Of a DNA stretch of 32,000 nucleotides, positions 1-10,109 are shown one piece after another. Made by a program: the position numbers and the translations under genes. This DNA is from Polynucleobacter sp. MWH-CaK5 (GTDB lineage: Bacteria > Pseudomonadota > Gammaproteobacteria > Burkholderiales > Burkholderiaceae). The stretch is from NCBI RefSeq assembly GCF_018687615.1, contig NZ_CP061299.1, positions 256,020-288,019 on the forward strand, written 5' to 3'. The stretch's first letter is position 1; each line of letters opens with the position of its first letter. The notes beneath the pieces are model-generated. The model saw only the letters and a list, made by a program, of their open reading frames with translations. It did not search any database and was not told the origin of the DNA.

Positions 1-81
1 TATTAAGCATTTTTTATCCTCATATATAAAACAAAGTATTAAATATTGATAACTTTGATCTCATTATAAGGTACTTTTATC

Positions 82-315
82 TTGATTACAAGTGGTCAAA
101 TTAAAGCGGCTCGCGCATTAGTTGATTGGACAGCTAGAGAATTGGCTACAAAAGCGGAAATAGGTTTTTCAACATTGATTCGTCTAGAGTCTGCTAATGG
201 TGTGCCGGCTGGAAACATCAAAACTATTGATGCTGTAAAAAAAGCTTTAGAGGATGCAGGTATTGAGTTCATCGGCACTCCGGAAAATGGTGCTGGAGTT
301 AGGTGGCGTAGCTAG
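82..315 (+). CDS. Small XRE/Cro-like helix-turn-helix DNA-binding protein (77 aa)
   Basis: Intact 77-aa ORF with a TTG start at 82. The N-terminal stretch GQIKAARALVDWTARELATKAEIGFSTLIRLE looks like a classic HTH_3-type motif. Its stop lies 17 nt before the next ORF, suggesting co-transcription. Confidence 0.55.
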   Translation: MITSGQIKAARALVDWTARELATKAEIGFSTLIRLESANGVPAGNIKTIDAVKKALEDAGIEFIGTPENGAGVRWRS

Positions 316-332
316 GTGCTTAAAAGAACTAT

Positions 333-1373
333 ATGTCAATAAAGAAAAAAAGCGGACCCAAAACAATTGCTGGTAAAGCAGTATCTTCGAAGAATTCAAC
401 TAAGCACGGATTAACCACGCAAACACCATCATCGGTGAAAGAAAAAGAAATCGTTAGTGCTTATATTCAAGAATTAACTATCTACTACAAACCGGAATCT
501 CCGCTAGAAAAAATACAAATTGAGCGTATAGCTATTTGTAAAGCAAAATTAGATCGGCTTTATGAAGTAGAGGGCTTGCAGTTAGATTTAGTTGTGGAAA
601 AATTTATCCAAGACCCAGGTCAAATATTGGATCAAATCCCTATGGCTAGAGGTGCGACTAGAGGTATGGTCAAGGAATTGATTCAGTATGGTGAAATTAC
701 TTTACCCTGCAAATTAAAAATTAAAGATCTGGAGATCATTTGTGAGGAGATTATTCATCACAGAAAAAATGTTCTTAAGGAACCTGATTTAGAAGTCTAT
801 TGGCCGAATCTAACAAGGTTCTTAAAGTCATATAAACCCATTTATCTTTCAGACGCCAATAGCAACCTTCTTGAAAAATTAGCATTAATTTCTGAGGGGA
901 TCGAACATTCTTTGGGTCATCAAGATAAATATTTTGAGCGATATCAGGACCTCATTGAAATTGCTCTCAGATTAAAAGAGCAATCGGAGTCTGAATCTGA
1001 GGATGATTCTTTAAATGATGACCTTGAACTTGAAAAGTTAATTGAAGAAAAAAATGCGGTTCGAGAAGCTCAAAGACAGAAACGATACCCAAATAACAAA
1101 GAGCCAGAATTGGTGATTCCCCAAGAGCCGCTCATTGATCAAGAAAAGTTAACTCAGCAATTAAAATCATTTGCAAATTTATTAAGAATTCACAATTTGA
1201 GCCTAGAGGTTTATGAACAATATCAATCAATGAAAGAGTTGATGGTTCAAGGTGTTATTCTCCCCCAGAGAGAGTCGGACTTGTTCATGCGTTATCAAAC
1301 AACGTTGGATCGCAGACTTTCCACGGCAATCGGTGAATTACTACATTTGCAAACAAAAAGAAATTCATCGTGA
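333..1373 (+). CDS. Hypothetical protein (346 aa): basic N-terminus, acidic coiled-coil-like centre, no recognisable catalytic motif
   Basis: Long uninterrupted ORF with an ATG start. N-terminus KKKSGPKTIAGKAVSSKNSTKHGL, acidic run ESESEDDSLNDDLELEKLIEE, C-terminus MRYQTTLDRRLSTAIGELLHLQ. I see no Walker, nuclease or other enzyme signature. Confidence 0.5.
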   Translation: MSIKKKSGPKTIAGKAVSSKNSTKHGLTTQTPSSVKEKEIVSAYIQELTIYYKPESPLEKIQIERIAICKAKLDRLYEVEGLQLDLVVEKFIQDPGQILDQIPMARGATRGMVKELIQYGEITLPCKLKIKDLEIICEEIIHHRKNVLKEPDLEVYWPNLTRFLKSYKPIYLSDANSNLLEKLALISEGIEHSLGHQDKYFERYQDLIEIALRLKEQSESESEDDSLNDDLELEKLIEEKNAVREAQRQKRYPNNKEPELVIPQEPLIDQEKLTQQLKSFANLLRIHNLSLEVYEQYQSMKELMVQGVILPQRESDLFMRYQTTLDRRLSTAIGELLHLQTKRNSS

Positions 1374-1506
1374 GTGATTCAAAAACACTGATTTTGCGAA
1401 ACGAACTTCTTAAGTTATTGATTTTATTAAGTCCGGTTAATCGCCACTGCGTATTAGATCTAAATTCACAGCAGCTAATCAATAATGTTCGTCAAGGTAT
1501 TGACCC

Positions 1507-2577
1507 ATGATTTTGGTGACAGGTGGCGCAGGTTTTATTGGTGGGAATTTTGTCTTGGATTGGTTGGCTAATCCAAGTGCGGAGGGCATCGTTAATCTAG
1601 ATAAATTGACCTATGCAGGCAATCTTGCCACTCTTCAATCTATATCCTCTGATTCGCGCCATGTGTTTATTCAGGGTGATATTGGCGATTATGAGTTGGT
1701 TCTCTCTTTATTAAGGAAGCATCAGATTCGTGCGGTAGTGAATTTTGCAGCAGAGTCACATGTTGATTGCTCAATAGACAGTCCTGTTAATTTTATTCAA
1801 ACAAATGTTATAGGAACTTTTCATTTGCTAGAAGCCGTTAGAGCTTATTGGTCGGATTTACCACAGCGGCACCAAAAAAATTTCCGATTCTTGCATGCCT
1901 CTACTGATGAAGTTTATGGATCTTTGATGTCTGACGAAGCCCCATTTTTAGAGATAACGTCGTATAAACCTAATAATCCTTATTCAGCCTCAAAAGCTGC
2001 GTCGGATCATTTTGTGAGAGCGTGGCACCATACTTACAATTTACCAGTGATAACCACTAATTGCTCTAATAACTATGGACCATATCAGCATACAGAAAAA
2101 CTCATTCCTTGCATGATTCAGAATGCGCTAACTGGACATGCATTGCCTATTTATGGTGATGGGCAACAGATTCGTGATTGGTTGCATGTGAAGGATCATT
2201 GCGTGGCCCTTCGTCAAATATTGGAAAGTGGTGTGGTGGGGCAGACATACAATATTGGCAGCAGGAATGAGAGGAAAAATCTGGAAATTGTGCGTATGAT
2301 TTGTGCCTACCTAGATGAGCTTAAACCCAAGGTAAGTGGTGAAAGTTATGCATCTCAAATTTCTTTTATCAAAGATCGCCCTGGACATGATCAACGTTAT
2401 GCAATAGACCCTAAAAAGTTAGAGGGTCAGTTGGGTTGGAAACCTACTCAAGATTTTGAGGAAAGTTTAAAGTCCACGGTGCAGTGGTATTTGGATCATC
2501 AGGAATGGGTTATTGAAGTTTGCAACTCTACTATTAAAAATAGTCCAAAGAGTTTTGCCAAATCTTTAGGCCAGTAA
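1507..2577 (+). CDS. rfbB: dTDP-glucose 4,6-dehydratase
   Basis: SDR Rossmann motif VTGGAGFIGGNF, STDEVYG, catalytic YSASKAASDH (YxxxK), and the length and C-terminal region typical of RmlB. Followed directly by rmlD and rmlC. Confidence 0.92.
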   Translation: MILVTGGAGFIGGNFVLDWLANPSAEGIVNLDKLTYAGNLATLQSISSDSRHVFIQGDIGDYELVLSLLRKHQIRAVVNFAAESHVDCSIDSPVNFIQTNVIGTFHLLEAVRAYWSDLPQRHQKNFRFLHASTDEVYGSLMSDEAPFLEITSYKPNNPYSASKAASDHFVRAWHHTYNLPVITTNCSNNYGPYQHTEKLIPCMIQNALTGHALPIYGDGQQIRDWLHVKDHCVALRQILESGVVGQTYNIGSRNERKNLEIVRMICAYLDELKPKVSGESYASQISFIKDRPGHDQRYAIDPKKLEGQLGWKPTQDFEESLKSTVQWYLDHQEWVIEVCNSTIKNSPKSFAKSLGQ

Positions 2578-2587
2578 ATATTCAAAT

Positions 2588-3610
2588 ATGGTCGATAACT
2601 TATATCAAGTCTCTGATAAAGCTAAACCAGTATTGGTATTCGGTCGTAATGGTCAAGTTGGGAGGGCGTTGCAAAGATGCTTCTCCAATCTTGATGTACC
2701 TGTTGTTTTTTTGGGGCGTGCAGAATGTGATTTGGCTAATGAAGATGAGATTATTAAGACATTAAATCTGTATCAACCTCAGGTCATCATTAATGCAGCA
2801 GCTTATACAGGGGTTGATAACGCTGAAAGCGAGCGCGAGCTCGCTTTTGCCATTAATGCGAAGGGGCCAGCAGTCATGGCGCATTACATGGTTAATGTGG
2901 CTCATGGTATTTTGGTGCATTACTCTACCGACTATGTCTTTGCTGATACAAAACAAACATCCTACTTAGAAACCGATATTGCAGGGCCTTTAGACCAGCT
3001 GAGTGTTTATGGCCAAAGTAAATTAGCGGGTGAAGAAGCCATTAAAAAAACTTTTAATTTGGCACATGATTCTGGAGATGGTAAATATCAAGAAAATTTT
3101 TCTAGATATTTCATTTTACGAACATCTTGGGTTTATGGTGATGGTGAGAATTTTATTCAGAAGATATTGCGCTTAGCTGGTGAGCAAACTCAACTCAAAA
3201 TTGTGAATGATCAAATTGGAGTGTCTACCTCTGCTCAATGGTTAGCAGAAATGAGTGTGAAAATGATTGATTCAAATATTGAGTCTGGCATTTATCATGT
3301 GGTACCTGATGGTGAAACTTCTTGGTATGAATTGGCAAGATTCGTAATTGAGACAGCTTCGAGGTCTAGTGAGGGCATTGATATTAAGTTAACAAATATC
3401 TTGCCTGTAGCCACCGTAGATTATTCAATGCTGGCCAAGCGACCTCACAACTCTCGGTTAAATAATGTTAAATTCAAAAAAGCATTATCAAAGATAGCTT
3501 TTGTCGAACAATATCCTCAGTGGCAAGAACAGGTAAAGGCCTACGTTAAAGAAAGTGTTACCACCCCTCCACGAGCTGGTGAAGTTGATGGGATTTATGT
3601 ATGCCAATAA
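2588..3610 (+). CDS. rfbD: dTDP-4-dehydrorhamnose reductase (longer than usual, 340 aa)
   Basis: VLVFGRNGQVGRAL nucleotide-binding motif, YGQSKLAGEE (YxxxK), RTSWVYG. Sits between rmlB and rmlC. Its last 10 nt overlap the rmlC start. Confidence 0.82.
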   Translation: MVDNLYQVSDKAKPVLVFGRNGQVGRALQRCFSNLDVPVVFLGRAECDLANEDEIIKTLNLYQPQVIINAAAYTGVDNAESERELAFAINAKGPAVMAHYMVNVAHGILVHYSTDYVFADTKQTSYLETDIAGPLDQLSVYGQSKLAGEEAIKKTFNLAHDSGDGKYQENFSRYFILRTSWVYGDGENFIQKILRLAGEQTQLKIVNDQIGVSTSAQWLAEMSVKMIDSNIESGIYHVVPDGETSWYELARFVIETASRSSEGIDIKLTNILPVATVDYSMLAKRPHNSRLNNVKFKKALSKIAFVEQYPQWQEQVKAYVKESVTTPPRAGEVDGIYVCQ

Positions 3611-4155
3611 CTGTGATATCTACCAAAATACCTGATGTATTGATCATTGAGCCTAAAGTTTATGATGATGATCGTGGTTGGTTTTATGAATCATTTAATG
3701 AAAAAGAATTTTCAGCCGCTGTTGGATGCAACATAACTTTTGTTCAAGATAATCACTCATCTTCCAAGAAGGGTGTTTTGCGGGGTCTTCATTACCAAAC
3801 TCAACAAACGCAGGCTAAGTTGGTGCGTGTCTGCCGTGGAATTGTTTTTTCTGTGGCGGTAGACTTACGCAACTCATCGCCAACATTTGGCCAATGGGTT
3901 GGGGTAGAGCTTTCAGATGAAAATAAAAAACAACTTTGGATACCAGAAGGCTTTGCCCATGGTTTCTTAGCGCTCTCTGATGAAGTAGAGTTCTTGTATA
4001 AGACGACTGATCACTGGCATCCCTCTAGTGAGCAATGCATTGTCTGGAATGATCCAACCTTGGATATTCAGTGGCCTCAGATTGGGATGGAGCTAATTTT
4101 GAATGCTAAGGATCAGCAAGGACTTTCTTGGAGTCAGGCTCCTAAATTCGATTAG
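3601..4155 (+). CDS. rfbC: dTDP-4-dehydrorhamnose 3,5-epimerase
   Basis: Cupin-type RmlC motifs: IPDVLIIEPKVYDDDRGWFYESFN, RGLHYQ, WIPEGFAHGF. 184 aa. Confidence 0.92.
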   Translation: MPITVISTKIPDVLIIEPKVYDDDRGWFYESFNEKEFSAAVGCNITFVQDNHSSSKKGVLRGLHYQTQQTQAKLVRVCRGIVFSVAVDLRNSSPTFGQWVGVELSDENKKQLWIPEGFAHGFLALSDEVEFLYKTTDHWHPSSEQCIVWNDPTLDIQWPQIGMELILNAKDQQGLSWSQAPKFD

Positions 4156-4220
4156 GCTGAAAGCTTAATTTATATCGGTATTTGGCTTAAATCCTTTAAT
4201 ATTTCATATAAAATTTGGGG

Positions 4221-5663
4221 ATGTCTAGTAATATCAAACCAGTTATTCTGTGCGGGGGTTCAGGTACTCGTTTGTGGCCACTTTCTCGCGAATCTTTCCC
4301 TAAGCAATTTGTTCCCTTAATTGGTGGTCAAAGTCTTTTGGGTTTAACCGTAGGGCGTGTCAAAAAGCTGGGTTTTCCTGTTTGCATTACAAACGAAGAG
4401 CATCGTTTCTTTGTTCAAGACTTATTAACTTCATCGCTTAATGGTGCTACCGATGCTGGCGCTAATGTTCTTTTGGAGCCAGCGGGTCGTAATACTGCTG
4501 CTGCCATGGCAAGCGCTGCTTTAATGCCAGGTATTGCTAGTTCAGATTTGTTGCTTTTTTTGCCATCAGATCATTTTGTGCCAGATGTTGATGCATTTAT
4601 TTCAACGATGCAGTCCGGAGTTGATGCTGCTCGTTCCGGTTATATCGTTACCTTTGGTGTTCAGCCAACCTTCCCAAGCACGGCTTATGGCTACATTCAG
4701 CAGGGCAGCTGCATCAAAGACTTAAGTGCTAGCCCTAGTGCTAGTGCAGCTTATGCTGTGGAGCGTTTTGTGGAAAAGCCTCAGCTTGATAAAGCACAGG
4801 AGATGTTGTTGTCTGGCAATTATCTTTGGAATGCAGGTATTTTCTTGTGTCAGGCATCTACTTTGCTTGACGCCCTCTCTAAGCATGCACCAGATATTTT
4901 GCAGTCTTGTCAAGCAGCAATGCAGGTTGCCAAAGTTGATGGCTCTTTTGTCCGACCTAACAAAGAAGCTTTTTTAGCTTGTCGCTCAGAGTCTATTGAC
5001 TATGCAGTGATGGAGTATTTTGACAAAGTCGCGGTTATTCCATTTAATGGCGCCTGGAGTGATGTGGGCAGTTGGAATGCTGTTGCTAACCTATCCCCAG
5101 CAGATGAAGCGGGCAATCGTATCAATGGTCAAGGTTTGGCAGTGCAATCAACCAACACCTATATCAATGCACCTCATCGACCTGTGGTGGCATTAGGCAC
5201 ATCGGATTTGGTGATTGTGGATACGCCCGATGCAGTTTTGGTGGCTTCCGCTGACAAGGTGGAGCAGGTGAAAGAAGTGGTGGCTCAGCTTAAAAAAGAC
5301 GGTGCTTCACAAGCGGTGATGCATCGTCGCGTTGCTCGTCCTTGGGGTTGGTACGACTCTATTGATATGGGGGAGCGTTTTCAGGTGAAACGTATTGCTG
5401 TTAAACCAGGCGCCAGCTTGAGTTTACAAATGCATCATCATCGTGCTGAGCATTGGATAGTGGTCAAGGGTACGGCCAAGGTGACTAATGGCGAAGATGT
5501 TTTCTTACTAGAAGAAAATCAGTCGACTTATATTCCGATTGGGGCTAAGCACCGTTTAGAAAATCCAGGTAAAACAGACCTAGAGATGATTGAGGTTCAA
5601 TCGGGGGGGTATCTGGGAGAGGATGACATAGTTCGCTTTGAAGATACCTACGGCCGTAGTTAA
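4221..5663 (+). CDS. manC: Bifunctional mannose-1-phosphate guanylyltransferase / mannose-6-phosphate isomerase (type II PMI-GMP)
   Basis: N-terminal nucleotidyltransferase motif [24 protein letters not shown]-terminal cupin with [13 protein letters not shown] and [14 protein letters not shown] prefer the ATG at 4221 over the track's TTG at 4215. Confidence 0.9.
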   Translation: MSSNIKPVILCGGSGTRLWPLSRESFPKQFVPLIGGQSLLGLTVGRVKKLGFPVCITNEEHRFFVQDLLTSSLNGATDAGANVLLEPAGRNTAAAMASAALMPGIASSDLLLFLPSDHFVPDVDAFISTMQSGVDAARSGYIVTFGVQPTFPSTAYGYIQQGSCIKDLSASPSASAAYAVERFVEKPQLDKAQEMLLSGNYLWNAGIFLCQASTLLDALSKHAPDILQSCQAAMQVAKVDGSFVRPNKEAFLACRSESIDYAVMEYFDKVAVIPFNGAWSDVGSWNAVANLSPADEAGNRINGQGLAVQSTNTYINAPHRPVVALGTSDLVIVDTPDAVLVASADKVEQVKEVVAQLKKDGASQAVMHRRVARPWGWYDSIDMGERFQVKRIAVKPGASLSLQMHHHRAEHWIVVKGTAKVTNGEDVFLLEENQSTYIPIGAKHRLENPGKTDLEMIEVQSGGYLGEDDIVRFEDTYGRS

Positions 5664-5688
5664 GAATTGGATTAAAGAAAATATAGAT

Positions 5689-6825
5689 ATGACAAACAAC
5701 AAACAACAAAAAGTAGCTTTGATCACAGGTGTGACCGGCCAAGATGGTTCTTATTTGGCAGAGTTTCTATTGGAGAAAGGTTATGTTGTTCACGGCATTA
5801 AGCGCCGAGCATCTTTATTTAATACCGATCGAGTGGATCATCTCTATCAAGACCCTCATATCGATCATCGCAACTTTGTATTGCACTATGGTGATTTGTC
5901 TGATTCTTCCAATTTGACGCGCATCATTCAGCAGACTCAGCCTGATGAAATCTATAACTTGGGTGCGCAAAGTCACGTAGCAGTGTCTTTTGAATCACCA
6001 GAGTACACAGCTGATGTAGATGGTATGGGAACGCTTCGCATCTTAGAAGCCATTCGTATTTTGGGCCTAGAGAAGAAGACGCGTTTTTATCAAGCATCGA
6101 CCTCTGAGTTATATGGTTTAGTTCAGGAAATTCCTCAAAAAGAAACTACGCCGTTTTATCCACGATCTCCTTATGCGGTAGCAAAGCTCTATGCTTATTG
6201 GATCACGGTCAATTACCGTGAGGCTTATGGCATGTATGCATGTAATGGTATTTTGTTTAATCATGAGAGTCCCCGTCGTGGTGAGACTTTTGTGACTCGA
6301 AAAATCACTCGTGGTTTGGCGAATATTGCCCAAGGTTTAGAGCAATGTTTGTACATGGGCAATATGGATGCGCTTCGTGACTGGGGTCATGCGAAAGATT
6401 ATGTGCGTATGCAGTGGATGATGTTACAACAAGATCAACCTGAAGATTTTGTGATTGCCACGGGTATTCAATATTCTGTCCGAGAGTTTATTGCCAAGAG
6501 CGCAGCTCAGTTTGGGGTCACTCTTAAATTTGAAGGGCAAGGTATTGATGAAAAGGCAGTGGTATCCGCAATTTCTGGTAACGATGCACCAGCTTTGAAA
6601 GTGGGTGATGTGATTGTCAAAGTTGATCCGCGCTATTTCCGTCCTGCCGAAGTAGAAACACTGTTAGGTAATCCTGCTAAGGCTAAGCAAAAACTAGGTT
6701 GGGTGCCAGAGATTACTTTGGATGAGATGGTTCAAGAAATGGTGGCGCATGATTTGGAGCAAGCAAAGCAGCATGCACTACTAAAAGATCACGGCTATGC
6801 TGTTCATGTGGGTAAAGAGAATTAA
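5689..6825 (+). CDS. gmd: GDP-mannose 4,6-dehydratase
   Basis: [48 protein letters not shown]. The ATG at 5689 (MTNNKQQK...) is preferred. The track's TTG at 5638 would overlap the end of manC. Confidence 0.95.
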   Translation: MTNNKQQKVALITGVTGQDGSYLAEFLLEKGYVVHGIKRRASLFNTDRVDHLYQDPHIDHRNFVLHYGDLSDSSNLTRIIQQTQPDEIYNLGAQSHVAVSFESPEYTADVDGMGTLRILEAIRILGLEKKTRFYQASTSELYGLVQEIPQKETTPFYPRSPYAVAKLYAYWITVNYREAYGMYACNGILFNHESPRRGETFVTRKITRGLANIAQGLEQCLYMGNMDALRDWGHAKDYVRMQWMMLQQDQPEDFVIATGIQYSVREFIAKSAAQFGVTLKFEGQGIDEKAVVSAISGNDAPALKVGDVIVKVDPRYFRPAEVETLLGNPAKAKQKLGWVPEITLDEMVQEMVAHDLEQAKQHALLKDHGYAVHVGKEN

Positions 6826-6860
6826 TCATGACTAGCTGATGAACCAGACTAATAAAAATT

Positions 6861-7835
6861 ATGAGTATCAATAAAAACACTAAAATTTATGTGGCTGGCC
6901 ATCGAGGCATGGTGGGCTCAGCCATTGTTCGTCAATTGCAGGCGAAAGGCTTCAATAATTTGGTGATGCGAACTCATGCAGAGTTGGATTTGACCAATCA
7001 ACAAGCTGTTGCCGATTTCTTTCAAAAGGAAAAACCTGAGCAGGTTTATTTGGCGGCAGCAAAAGTGGGTGGTATTCATGCTAATAATACTTACCCAGCG
7101 GAATTCATTTATCAGAATCTAATGATGGAAGCTAATGTGGTTCATCAAGCTTTTCTGGCAGGCGTTAAGAAACTACTCTTTTTGGGTTCAAGTTGTATCT
7201 ATCCAAAGATGGCACCACAGCCAATGGCTGAAGAAGCCCTGTTAACTGGCAAGTTGGAAGCGACTAATGAGCCTTATGCGATTGCTAAGATTGCAGGCAT
7301 TAAATTATGCGAGAGTTATAACCGACAATATGGTCAATCACATGAGATTGATTACAGATCCGTGATGCCAACCAACTTATATGGGCCAGGTGACAATTAT
7401 CATCCTGAAAATAGTCATGTGATTCCCGCTTTGATTAGACGTTTTCATGAGGCTAAAGAAAGTAATATGCCAGAAGTTGTCATTTGGGGTACGGGTACTC
7501 CGAGGCGCGAATTCTTGTATGTGGATGATATGGCTACTGCTTCTGTATACGTGATGGAATTAGATAAAGCCACTTATGATTTGCATACTGAGCCGATGCA
7601 AAGTCACATCAATGTTGGTGTTGGGTCAGATGTGATGATTAAAGAGTTAGCTGAGACTATTGGTAAAGCTATTGGTTATCGAGGAAAACTTTTCTTTGAT
7701 TCAAGTAAACCAGATGGCACTCCTAGGAAGTTGATGAACAGCGCTAAAATTAAGGGAATGGGTTGGCGAGCTGAGGTTGATTTGTATGATGGTTTAGTTA
7801 TTGCTTATCAAGATTTTTTACTTCAACAGACATAA
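6861..7835 (+). CDS. fcl: GDP-L-fucose synthase (GDP-4-keto-6-deoxymannose 3,5-epimerase/4-reductase)
   Basis: [27 protein letters not shown], and REFLYVDD, typical of Fcl/WcaG. Lies immediately downstream of gmd. Confidence 0.92.
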   Translation: MSINKNTKIYVAGHRGMVGSAIVRQLQAKGFNNLVMRTHAELDLTNQQAVADFFQKEKPEQVYLAAAKVGGIHANNTYPAEFIYQNLMMEANVVHQAFLAGVKKLLFLGSSCIYPKMAPQPMAEEALLTGKLEATNEPYAIAKIAGIKLCESYNRQYGQSHEIDYRSVMPTNLYGPGDNYHPENSHVIPALIRRFHEAKESNMPEVVIWGTGTPRREFLYVDDMATASVYVMELDKATYDLHTEPMQSHINVGVGSDVMIKELAETIGKAIGYRGKLFFDSSKPDGTPRKLMNSAKIKGMGWRAEVDLYDGLVIAYQDFLLQQT

Positions 7836-7894
7836 AGTCTTATGCTCACAATTGGTGATATATTAATATTAACTCTAGCCTCGGAGACTTAGAA

Positions 7895-8995
7895 TTATCT
7901 CAACGTACTCTTGAGTAGTATTTCTCTTAAATTTTCTGCTCCTAACCCGCAAAAATTATCTAATCTTTCGCGCGTTATCATCTTTTCTTGTAAATCAAGT
8001 AATTGTTGCTGGTTTAAAAATTTATTTATTCTACTTGGAAGCCCAAGACTCATTAGTAATTCTTGAGTACTCTTCAAAATTTCATGTGTGTAGCTGTCGA
8101 TAGATAACTTAGTAAGGTTGTAACTAAGTAATGCTGGTAACGTAAAGCTACATGCTAGTCCATGGGGCACACCATAATGAGTTGTTAGTGGGTATGATAT
8201 TGAATGTGCGAGAGCTGTCTTAGTTTGGCTTATTGCTAAACCGCTAAGTAGACTAGCATTTTGTAAATTTTTTCTTGCTTCAATCGACTGAGGTTTGTTT
8301 ACTGCATCTAAAAGATATAGGTTGGACAGGCGCAATGATTCTGTTGCAAATAAACGAGTAATGGGCGTACAGTTTTTATTCCATAACGATTCTATCGCAT
8401 GAGATATTGAATCTAAAGCAGGATAAATTGTGTTTTCTTCGTTTAGTGTTAGTGTTAATTTTGGATCGTATAGGGCGACATCTGAAAACATAAAATCACC
8501 CATTAAAGAATATTTTTTATTCTTTTCGTAATCCCAAATTGTTGCAAAAGGAGTAACCTCTGAACCGCTGCCAGAGGTGGTTGGTATTAAAGTTAGGGGT
8601 AAGCGATTTAACCAAGGCATTTTTATTTTTGATTGAAAGATATCAACCAAAGAAATATTTGTTTGGTTAGGCAGTAAAGCTACAGCTAATATTTTTGCTG
8701 AGTCTAGTACGCTTCCTCCACCTAAACCTATAACGTTATCAATATTTATTTTTTTAAGGTTTGAAATAGCAGCATCTAGGTGTTTAATATCTGGATTAGG
8801 TTTAACGTCATCCCATACTGTAATCTTATTGGGCCTCAGTATCTTCGAGATTGACTGTGCTAAACCTCTCTTAATGAATCCTTGTGATGTAACTAGTAAC
8901 GTATGCTTTGAGTGAAGTGGAGTGGTTAGGCTGTCAATAGAGCTTGATATGATTTGAACGGGAACAAAATGTGACCATGCTGTTTTAAGAAGCAT
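7895..8995 (-). CDS. Iron-containing (group III) alcohol dehydrogenase; candidate phosphonoacetaldehyde reductase (PhpC/FomC/DhpG-like)
   Basis: Fe-ADH glycine motif IGLGGGSVLDSAKILAV and histidine-rich metal region (SHAIESL, ALAHSISYPL, HGVPHGL). Its start overlaps the stop of the upstream phosphonopyruvate decarboxylase by 11 nt. The substrate assignment rests on context only. Confidence 0.7.
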   Translation of the reverse strand: MLLKTAWSHFVPVQIISSSIDSLTTPLHSKHTLLVTSQGFIKRGLAQSISKILRPNKITVWDDVKPNPDIKHLDAAISNLKKINIDNVIGLGGGSVLDSAKILAVALLPNQTNISLVDIFQSKIKMPWLNRLPLTLIPTTSGSGSEVTPFATIWDYEKNKKYSLMGDFMFSDVALYDPKLTLTLNEENTIYPALDSISHAIESLWNKNCTPITRLFATESLRLSNLYLLDAVNKPQSIEARKNLQNASLLSGLAISQTKTALAHSISYPLTTHYGVPHGLACSFTLPALLSYNLTKLSIDSYTHEILKSTQELLMSLGLPSRINKFLNQQQLLDLQEKMITRERLDNFCGLGAENLREILLKSTLR

Positions 8996-10109
8996 TTGCA
9001 GCTTTCATGAAAGCTAATTTGTTTTCTTCCGGGGTATTTTTTGGTCTGCCCAAATCATCTCTGGCACCGTTTTTTATTTTTAATTCCAAAAAACTTGGAC
9101 CATCAGTATTTACTAGTTTTAACCAAGATTTTTTGAGACTTATCAAATCTGTCGCCAATTGGTAGTTTGAGTAACCGCAACCCTTTGATATTTTTTTAAA
9201 ATCAAGGTTCCCTGCCACAGTGGGTTGCCCTCCGACTGACTCATGACAACCATTATTAAATAAAACGTGGATAAATTTATTTGGTTTATAGTTCCCTATC
9301 ACTGGAAGTGAGCCCATGTGCATCAGGAGTGAGCCATCGCCATCTAGACATATGACACGTTTTTTGGGTTGGCCAATCGCAACCCCTAGGGCTATAGAAG
9401 ATGTGTGCCCCATTCCGCCGACTGTTAAAAAATCACACTGGGCTTCATTTCTCTTGGATCTTAGTTCATATAACTCTCTAGATGTTTTTCCTGTGGTCGA
9501 AATAATTAGGTCATTTGAGGCGCATAAATTTAATAGCTCTGATAGAGCTTCTTCTCTTATTAAATTGGATAACCCAGCAGATTTTTTGGTGGATTTATAT
9601 TTTGTAAATGTGTCTTTACATATGACTAATGCTACTGGACCATTGCGAGACTGCATGGTTTTAAATGTGGTCTCAAGAGTTTCTAAGATATTGGTGTTGG
9701 GATTAATTATCAAATATGGAATCTCAAGAGTGTCAAGTTGATGTAGTGTAATTCTGCCTTGTTTAATGTGTTGTGGTTCATCTGCTATTTCAGGTTCTCC
9801 CCGCCAACCAATAATGAGAAGAATCGGTATTTTATACACTTCAATATCGGCAAGTGATGTGAATGGATTAATTATGTTACCTATACCAGAGTTTTGCATG
9901 TACACGGCGGCCGTTTTACCAGTCGATAAATGGTAACCCATAGCTAGCGCCAAAGCATTTCCTTCATTTGCGGCAATTAGATGTTTTTGTTTTTCTACGT
10001 GATCGTCTACATAAGAGCAGAAACTTGAGAGTAGTGAATCTGGCACTCCAGCATAAAAGTTGACGCCATGCTTCTCTAAGTGATTAAAAAAGTCTTCTGG
10101 TGCGATCAT
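8985..10109 (-). CDS. ppd: Phosphonopyruvate decarboxylase (ThDP-dependent)
   Basis: N-terminus FFNHLEKHGVNFYAGVPDSLLSSF and ThDP-binding motif CLDGDGSLLMHMGSL...NNGCHESVGGQ, as in Ppd/AepY/Fom2. Its start codon shares 1 nt with the pepM stop (TAATG). Confidence 0.85.
   Translation of the reverse strand: MIAPEDFFNHLEKHGVNFYAGVPDSLLSSFCSYVDDHVEKQKHLIAANEGNALALAMGYHLSTGKTAAVYMQNSGIGNIINPFTSLADIEVYKIPILLIIGWRGEPEIADEPQHIKQGRITLHQLDTLEIPYLIINPNTNILETLETTFKTMQSRNGPVALVICKDTFTKYKSTKKSAGLSNLIREEALSELLNLCASNDLIISTTGKTSRELYELRSKRNEAQCDFLTVGGMGHTSSIALGVAIGQPKKRVICLDGDGSLLMHMGSLPVIGNYKPNKFIHVLFNNGCHESVGGQPTVAGNLDFKKISKGCGYSNYQLATDLISLKKSWLKLVNTDGPSFLELKIKNGARDDLGRPKNTPEENKLAFMKAANAS

Noticed and set aside
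1-81. Candidate sigma-70 promoter for the HTH gene (TTGATA at 46-51, TATAAG at 65-70).
   Set aside because: The spacing between the hexamers is about 13 nt, which is too short. Alternative pairings are equally poor, so no promoter call is made.
1374-1506. Looked for a JUMPStart/ops (GGCGGTAG) antitermination element or a clear promoter upstream of rmlB.
   Set aside because: I found no GGCGGTAG or close variant in this spacer and no well-spaced -35/-10 pair. Only a weak 4-bp stem follows the upstream stop codon.
7836-7894. Expected a bidirectional rho-independent terminator between the convergent fcl and adh genes.
   Set aside because: The only complementarity seen is a 6-bp pair (AAGTCT/AGACTT) separated by a loop of more than 40 nt. 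There is no GC-rich stem or U-tract.
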